NCBI GenBank assembly: GCA_048940925.1
Contig: JBHLOC010000013.1
Location: forward strand, 1-30,878
Reading direction: 5' to 3'
DNA length: 30,878 bases
Origin: Promethearchaeota archaeon
GTDB lineage: Archaea; Asgardarchaeota; Lokiarchaeia; Sigyniarchaeales; SOKP01
Under the pieces are notes generated by a model that saw only the letters and a program-made list of their open reading frames with translations, was not told the origin of the DNA and searched no databases. Shown here piece by piece: positions 26,182-30,878 of the stretch (its first letter is position 1; the number at the start of each line of letters is the position of its first letter). The translations under genes were made by a program, and so were the position numbers.

Positions 26182-28401
26182 TTATTTATTATATAAATTA
26201 CTTGGTTTATAGATAAAATCTTTTAAATTATAAATTGATTTAATTAATCTAGCTGGTTTACTTGTATCATATTTCTTTTTATAATCACAATATTCTTGAG
26301 ATGATAAGGGGGATGGGAATAAGCACTTAATACAAGTTTCCTTTTCAATACAACTTATACAATTCCTTCTTTCTATTTCAATTTTCTGTAAAATTTGAAG
26401 ATTTTGCATGAGTGCTGGGAAGGGTGTTTCAATATCTCCTATAGGATCTGAGTTCCAACAAATTCGTATAGAATTATTATTATCTATTATAGCAGTCTCT
26501 AATTTTTGACAGTTTGCATCTTTAGAAGTCCATCTACAAAGTTTTTCAATTTCAGGTGGTACATTATTCTTTAGAAGATAATTATAACTATCTTCCATTT
26601 TTGAGATTCTATTTAAAAAACTTAAAAGTGTTATAGTATCATAATACGTATGTTCTGTGCAAATTGTGTTACCCACATTATTATTTTCTTCCTCATATTC
26701 TTGTAAAACTGATTTAGTGTCTTTTATTTTAATCAATAATCCAGTCTTTTTACCTATAGAATGCTGTCTTCCTGATTTTAAAGTATTATTTTCCCAATAA
26801 TAACCATGATAATACATTGTAGGAGATAACTCTTCATAAAGAGATATTTCATTCTTCTTATGGTTTTTTTCATATTTTACTTTATTCGGATATAATTGAA
26901 TAATAGCTCCATTTATCGCAAGATTTTCTTGTATCCAATTTATTAATAATGGACTTAAAGTGTCAGAATTAATTATTAAGTTATTGAAGAAAGGTTTCTT
27001 ATTTTTCCGTCTAGTGTCTAATGATAAAATTTTAAGATTCATATAGTCAATTATTCTATTATTTTTTTCTGTAGCGGAATTAGGAGCCAATTTTAATTTG
27101 TATATATCAAATGGAAAGCTATTTTGCGTGAATATCTTATTTTGTTGACCTAGTGGTTTAACCTTATAACCAAATTGTTTATAAATTTGATAAATAGGAG
27201 TACCTTTAAATATGTGAAAAATATTATGTGAGTAAAAATCTAAATCTAATTGTTTAACTAGTTTTAATGTTTTTTGGGCGTCTTGAAGAGATTCACTTGG
27301 TAAACCTACCATAATGCTTACATAAACAGGACATAGTCCAATTTTTTTGGCATAAGTGGTCATCTTTTTTAGTTTCTCAATGAAAGTATGTTCTTTATCA
27401 AGACTTTCTAAAGATTGAGGAGGATTTACCTTACCTATTGCTCTTAAAACTCTCGGCACCGCACTTTCTAATGAAAATCCTATTGAAACAAATCCGGCTT
27501 CCTTCATTAAATCTAGTAATTCTTCATTAATTTTATCACATCGGGTAATACAAGATAAGGGAAGCTTAATATCATTTTCAATGATTCTTTCACAGATTTG
27601 TTTTGTCCTTGAAGGTATTATTGTAAAAGTATCATCATTTATAGGAACAGGTGCAATAGAATTTCTATATTCATTAAGGTACATTAATTCTTTTATTACT
27701 CTTTCTATTGAATGAAAAAATATATTCCTTTTACTCATTATTGCACAATTGCAATATATACAATTTTGATTACATCCCCTTGCAGTAATTATCCCTGTAG
27801 GAGAAGCATAAGATGGGGGGATAATTTCTGAAAGATACGGCGAGGGATATTTGTCCAAATAATTTTTAGTATATCGATTTGAAAGTAAAATATTGCTATC
27901 TGGATTCACAATTAAATTTTTTCTTTTTCTAAAAGTTATACCATTAATATTATCTAAATTGGTTTGATCCAATTTAAAATCATTTTTAGAGAAAGCGGAT
28001 AACAAAAGAACCATAATCTCTTCGCCTTCACCTCTTACGCAAATGTCAATGCTTGAAACACTATCCAAAATTTCTCTAGACTGCACAGTTGGAGTAGGTC
28101 CACCAAAAATTATGATAATTCTAGAACTATAAGCTTTTAATCCTTTACTAATCAATACACACTGCATATAATTTTTTTCATAAACTGTAAATCCAACAAT
28201 TTTAGGTCTAAAGCCTATTATCTTTTTAACACATTCTCTAACATTAAATGACTCATTTGAGATAAATTGCTTCGCAGTAAAACCTTTTTCTTTTAAATAA
28301 GCAATAATATATGCTGATCCCAAATTATATTGAAAATTAGATGAGTTTAAATCACCACCAGAAGGAAATAGCATTAATAGATTAATAGATCTCTCATTCA
28401 A
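26182..28401 (-). CDS. B12-binding radical SAM enzyme with a C-terminal SPASM-like Cys cluster; candidate peptide maturase
   Basis: B12 domain (LGSAYIIAYLKEKG, IVGFTV, IFGGPTPT, VRGEGE), ARGCNQNCIYC (CxxxCxxC), DDTFT, FSLES, MVGLPSES, GTPIY; eight Cys in the last 118 aa including Cx2Cx5Cx2Cx11C. TTG start with GGAGTGA 6 nt upstream. Confidence 0.9.
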   Translation of the reverse strand: MNERSINLLMLFPSGGDLNSSNFQYNLGSAYIIAYLKEKGFTAKQFISNESFNVRECVKKIIGFRPKIVGFTVYEKNYMQCVLISKGLKAYSSRIIIIFGGPTPTVQSREILDSVSSIDICVRGEGEEIMVLLLSAFSKNDFKLDQTNLDNINGITFRKRKNLIVNPDSNILLSNRYTKNYLDKYPSPYLSEIIPPSYASPTGIITARGCNQNCIYCNCAIMSKRNIFFHSIERVIKELMYLNEYRNSIAPVPINDDTFTIIPSRTKQICERIIENDIKLPLSCITRCDKINEELLDLMKEAGFVSIGFSLESAVPRVLRAIGKVNPPQSLESLDKEHTFIEKLKKMTTYAKKIGLCPVYVSIMVGLPSESLQDAQKTLKLVKQLDLDFYSHNIFHIFKGTPIYQIYKQFGYKVKPLGQQNKIFTQNSFPFDIYKLKLAPNSATEKNNRIIDYMNLKILSLDTRRKNKKPFFNNLIINSDTLSPLLINWIQENLAINGAIIQLYPNKVKYEKNHKKNEISLYEELSPTMYYHGYYWENNTLKSGRQHSIGKKTGLLIKIKDTKSVLQEYEEENNNVGNTICTEHTYYDTITLLSFLNRISKMEDSYNYLLKNNVPPEIEKLCRWTSKDANCQKLETAIIDNNNSIRICWNSDPIGDIETPFPALMQNLQILQKIEIERRNCISCIEKETCIKCLFPSPLSSQEYCDYKKKYDTSKPARLIKSIYNLKDFIYKPSNLYNK

Positions 28402-28506
28402 TAATAATCACTCCATGGATTATATGTCTCAGTAAATTATTAGGATTTAAAGTTTTCTTTTCAATATGCCTTGCTTAAGGAAATTTTATTTCTAGTAATG
28501 ATATAG

Positions 28507-28534
28507 AAAAATAAAATATTGAAAACAAAAAAAA
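28507..28534 (-). terminator. T-rich tract between the small peptide gene and the radical SAM gene
   Basis: Minus strand reads TTTTTTTTGTTTTCAATATTTTATTTTT about 17 nt after the peptide stop. Confidence 0.45.
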
Positions 28535-28551
28535 TGATTATATTTGAAATT

Positions 28552-28770
28552 TTATCCTCCTAAAGTCACCCACCATGAAAGAATACCAAAAATCTTTGTT
28601 AATTCTTCAGGTGTTAAATCTCGAACCTGCGCTTTAAGTTGTTTTTCAACTTCAGCACTTAAACTAGCTCCTGTCAATTCTGGGTGTTCTCTAACAGTAT
28701 CAATTATAATTTTTGCTATACGATCACCCAATTTTTCCTTAATATTTTTCTCAAATGCATTATCTGACAT
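28552..28770 (-). CDS. 72-aa putative RiPP precursor peptide
   Basis: GGAGA RBS; charged, probably helical N-region; DLTPEELTKIFG leader motif; hydrophobic C-terminal ILSWWVTLGG; co-oriented 150 nt upstream of the radical SAM gene. Confidence 0.65.
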   Translation of the reverse strand: MSDNAFEKNIKEKLGDRIAKIIIDTVREHPELTGASLSAEVEKQLKAQVRDLTPEELTKIFGILSWWVTLGG

Positions 28771-28831
28771 TTATTCTATCTCCAAAATTTGTGAATTTCG
28801 CTAAATAATCTTATATTATATTATTATGATG

Positions 28832-28860
28832 CAATATTTTACTGTATATATAAAATATTG
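28832..28860. promoter_or_regulatory. inverted repeat overlapping a TATA-like box upstream of the peptide gene
   Basis: CAATATTTTA-N9-TAAAATATTG; the minus strand contains TTTTATATATA. Confidence 0.45.
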
Positions 28861-28979
28861 TTTTTTATTATAAAATCGTTTATTTCATAAAAGAATATGT
28901 TGGACTTCTATTGATTACCCTAAAAGCTTATGCTTTAAATTATTGTTTTTAATAATTACTAATTGTAGAAGTTTAAACT

Positions 28980-29537
28980 TTATAGTTCTGCAGATAATCC
29001 CTTATTTTTTTTATATAATGTATTAATAATTGCATTAAAAGCTTTAATAACTCCTTGACCCGTTTTTGCTGAGGTTATATAATAACCAAAAAAACTCTTT
29101 TTTTCAACTATTTCTTTAATAGCGGATCGATTTATATTGTTTTCATCTATTAAATCAACTTTATTAGCAAACACGACAATAGGAATATTTCCACAATAAT
29201 GATTTACATCTTGCTGCCAGTCTGATATATGGTTAAAACTATCCTCCCCAAGTTTGTTCTCCTCTAAGCTATATACAATAATAGCAGCCTTACTGCTTCT
29301 AAAAAAGGAAGGACGTAAAAAGTGAAAATTATCTTGGCCAGCTATATCCCAAAATAAGAGTCTAATCTGATCACCTTCCATTTCTTTATCAAAGACAGAA
29401 AATTGTGCTCCAATTGTTTTAATATAATCTTTAATGAAAGAACTTTCTGTAAACTTTTTAATTAAAGTTGTTTTACCAACCCTTCCATCACCAACAACAA
29501 CAATCTTAAAACTAAATTTACGTCTTCTCTCTTTCAT
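28980..29537 (-). CDS. Rab/Ras-like small GTPase (Asgard eukaryotic-signature type)
   Basis: G1 GDGRVGKT, G2 YIKTIG, G3 WDIAGQ, G4 NKVD, G5 TSAK; no C-terminal prenylation Cys. Confidence 0.93.
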   Translation of the reverse strand: MKERRRKFSFKIVVVGDGRVGKTTLIKKFTESSFIKDYIKTIGAQFSVFDKEMEGDQIRLLFWDIAGQDNFHFLRPSFFRSSKAAIIVYSLEENKLGEDSFNHISDWQQDVNHYCGNIPIVVFANKVDLIDENNINRSAIKEIVEKKSFFGYYITSAKTGQGVIKAFNAIINTLYKKNKGLSAEL

Positions 29538-29731
29538 TTGAAATCTTTGAAGAAATCAAATAATAATAAATTCTAATTTAAAAATACTAATTAAAATAAG
29601 ATTAGTTATTAATTAATATAAAATTTTGGTTTAAAAATCACCTAAAAATGAAATTTCTTCAAAATTTAGTTATTTTATTCAAGAATTAATATTGAAAATA
29701 ATAAATACTCAGTTTAGTTTGATTAAAAATT

Positions 29732-29776
29732 AAAAAAAAAAAAGAAGGAGGGCATCATTAAGGGACCCCCTCCCCC
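29732..29776 (-). terminator. GC-rich hairpin followed by a long U-tract
   Basis: Minus strand GGGGGAGGGGGTC-CCTTAAT-GATGCCCTCCTTC then about 12 T, downstream of the 84-aa ORF. Confidence 0.6.
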
Positions 29777-29849
29777 TCGCCTTATAACTCCCTGATCTGA
29801 TTTTTCAGCTTTTCAGATGAATAAATCAGCTTGATGAGAATAAATTATT

Positions 29850-30104
29850 TTAGTAAAGTCCGTAATTCCTATAGTAAATGTTTCTTTTAACTTTATCAAC
29901 ACTAAAAACTTCTTCTAAATATTTCGCGTTATATTTTGCTTTCTTTAATAATTTTGACAAAGCTCTTTTGATTGGTTTTTCCTCTGCCTTAACTTTCACT
30001 ACTTCATATTCCCCTTCTAGTGGGGGGAGCTCTTCTAAAATAATTATTTCTTCAATTTTGATTGGCTCCTTAAGAGCTTTTTTCTCGATTAAAACTTCAA
30101 CCAT
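29850..30104 (-). CDS. hypothetical protein (84 aa, acidic N-half and basic C-half)
   Basis: Strong GGGGTGA RBS, host-like codon usage and a downstream terminator; no family recognised. Confidence 0.7.
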   Translation of the reverse strand: MVEVLIEKKALKEPIKIEEIIILEELPPLEGEYEVVKVKAEEKPIKRALSKLLKKAKYNAKYLEEVFSVDKVKRNIYYRNYGLY

Positions 30105-30203
30105 TTTGATAAATCACCCCTTTTTTTTCAAGTTTTGTTTCAAATCTTTTAAACCGAATCTAAACTTGTCAGGATGATGGCAATAATAACCGAAAGTTTT
30201 TTT

Positions 30204-30365
30204 CTATCTTTTTTCGGCTCTCTTTCTATTAGTCAAATCTGGTTTTTCCTCGGTGATGGGAGTTTTTACAGTATATATTTTAGACCATTGCTTAATTTCT
30301 CTTATAAAATCTATATCCAAATATTCATTCAAATCAATCTCGAATTCTTCCTTACTTTCTGTCAG
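30204..30365 (-). CDS. possible 53-aa small protein with a CTG start
   Basis: AAGGTGAT RBS 5 nt before CTG; (M)TESKEEFEIDLNEYLDIDFIREIKQWSKIYTVKTPITEEKPDLTNRKRAEKR*. Confidence 0.4.
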   Translation of the reverse strand: MTESKEEFEIDLNEYLDIDFIREIKQWSKIYTVKTPITEEKPDLTNRKRAEKR

Positions 30366-30402
30366 ACTACATCACCTTCTTTTTTTCATTAATATGATCC
30401 TT

Positions 30403-30555
30403 TTAAAAATACTTAAAATGGTTGTACTTAGAACTGTAAATTATCTCTGATGATTTTATTTTGAGCCTTGCATCTTTTTTCGGTAAAACTATAAATAATC
30501 TTTCAAGTTTTACCGTAGTATCTTTTTTTACTACTGCCTCAATTTCTTTTCTCAT
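30403..30555 (-). CDS. possible 50-aa small protein
   Basis: MRKEIEAVVKKDTTVKLERLFIVLPKKDARLKIKSSEIIYSSKYNHFKYF*; co-oriented with its neighbours; no clear RBS. Confidence 0.35.
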   Translation of the reverse strand: MRKEIEAVVKKDTTVKLERLFIVLPKKDARLKIKSSEIIYSSKYNHFKYF

Positions 30556-30770
30556 TTTTTTATTCTTAAATATTGTTAGAACAGGGATCGATATATAGTT
30601 TTATTATCAGAACTTCGTGTGGACTTTTAGATTTGTTTAAGATCCTATTTTCTAATACTTTTAAAATAATATCTTTTTCTAACAATTTTTATAATTTAAG
30701 AAAGATATGAATATAAAACTAAATTTAGATTTTATAAAAAAAGTAAAAAATATTTAATTTATTTAAATTT

Positions 30771-30878
30771 TTATATACCATTAAAGAAGTTGAATTCAGA
30801 ACTCACAATAATATCTGAAGCAGAAATTCTTTCTTTTATTTCATTAAGATGTTTGATTTCTTCAAAATATCGTGAATT
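30771..30878 (-). CDS. 3' end of an unidentified CDS entering from the right edge
   Basis: Open frame NSRYFEEIKHLNEIKERISASDIIVSSEFNFFNGI* followed by an AT-rich spacer. Confidence 0.5.
   Translation of the reverse strand, partial: NSRYFEEIKHLNEIKERISASDIIVSSEFNFFNGI

Noticed and set aside
28552-28770. The 72-aa protein as a ubiquitin/SAMP/ThiS-like modifier because it ends in GG
   Set aside because: The sequence looks helical rather than beta-grasp and no E1/ThiF or JAB gene is nearby. A role for the terminal GG is not excluded.
29740-29830. SECIS element
   Set aside because: No upstream gene with an in-frame UGA; hairpin plus U-tract is more simply a terminator.
859-30450. Short antisense or overlapping ORFs in the track (e.g. 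859-1047, 5226-6021 set, 9089-9463, 10244-10631, 11462-11650, 12904-13185, 13391-13666, 16647-16871, 17988-18317, 19650-19967, 21804-21995, 22321-22542, 24178-24384, 25391-25630, 28544-28804, 29878-30450 set)
   Set aside because: They are shadows of better-supported genes on the opposite strand, with no motifs or RBS.
1-30878. CRISPR array, tRNA/rRNA, IS element or integrase
   Set aside because: No regularly spaced repeats, cloverleaf or rRNA-like tracts, or transposase/recombinase motifs were found by eye.

Overview
AT-rich archaeal DNA, most likely an Asgard archaeon (Lokiarchaeia-like). This is inferred from a Rab-like small GTPase, a large TPR protein with a possible longin/roadblock-like C-terminus, GGTGA/GGAG ribosome-binding sites and oligo-T terminators. 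Most of the window encodes peptide, 2-oxoacid and acyl-CoA catabolism: two 2-oxoacid:ferredoxin oxidoreductase operons, an HdrA-MvhD fusion, an ADP-forming acyl-CoA synthetase alpha subunit, a crotonase, a thioesterase, two peptidases and a BMP-type ABC transporter. Five observations stand out. (1) A candidate archaeal RiPP locus: a 72-aa peptide with a double-glycine-type leader motif and a Trp-Trp C-terminal core (ILSWWVTLGG), directly upstream of a 739-aa B12-binding radical SAM enzyme that also has a SPASM-like 8-Cys tail. (2) A circularly permuted pyruvate:ferredoxin oxidoreductase beta subunit, with the thiamine-diphosphate motif split between the two new termini. (3) A GC-richer two-gene island flanked by a diverged duplicate of the last 43 codons of an eIF-2B-family gene. 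(4) A korDAB-hdrA/mvhD operon with no hdrBC in the window. (5) An unannotated acyl-CoA mutase remnant and a run of unannotated small ORFs and hairpins at the right end. I saw no rRNA, tRNA, CRISPR array, transposase or integrase. All calls come from reading motifs by eye; no database searches were run.
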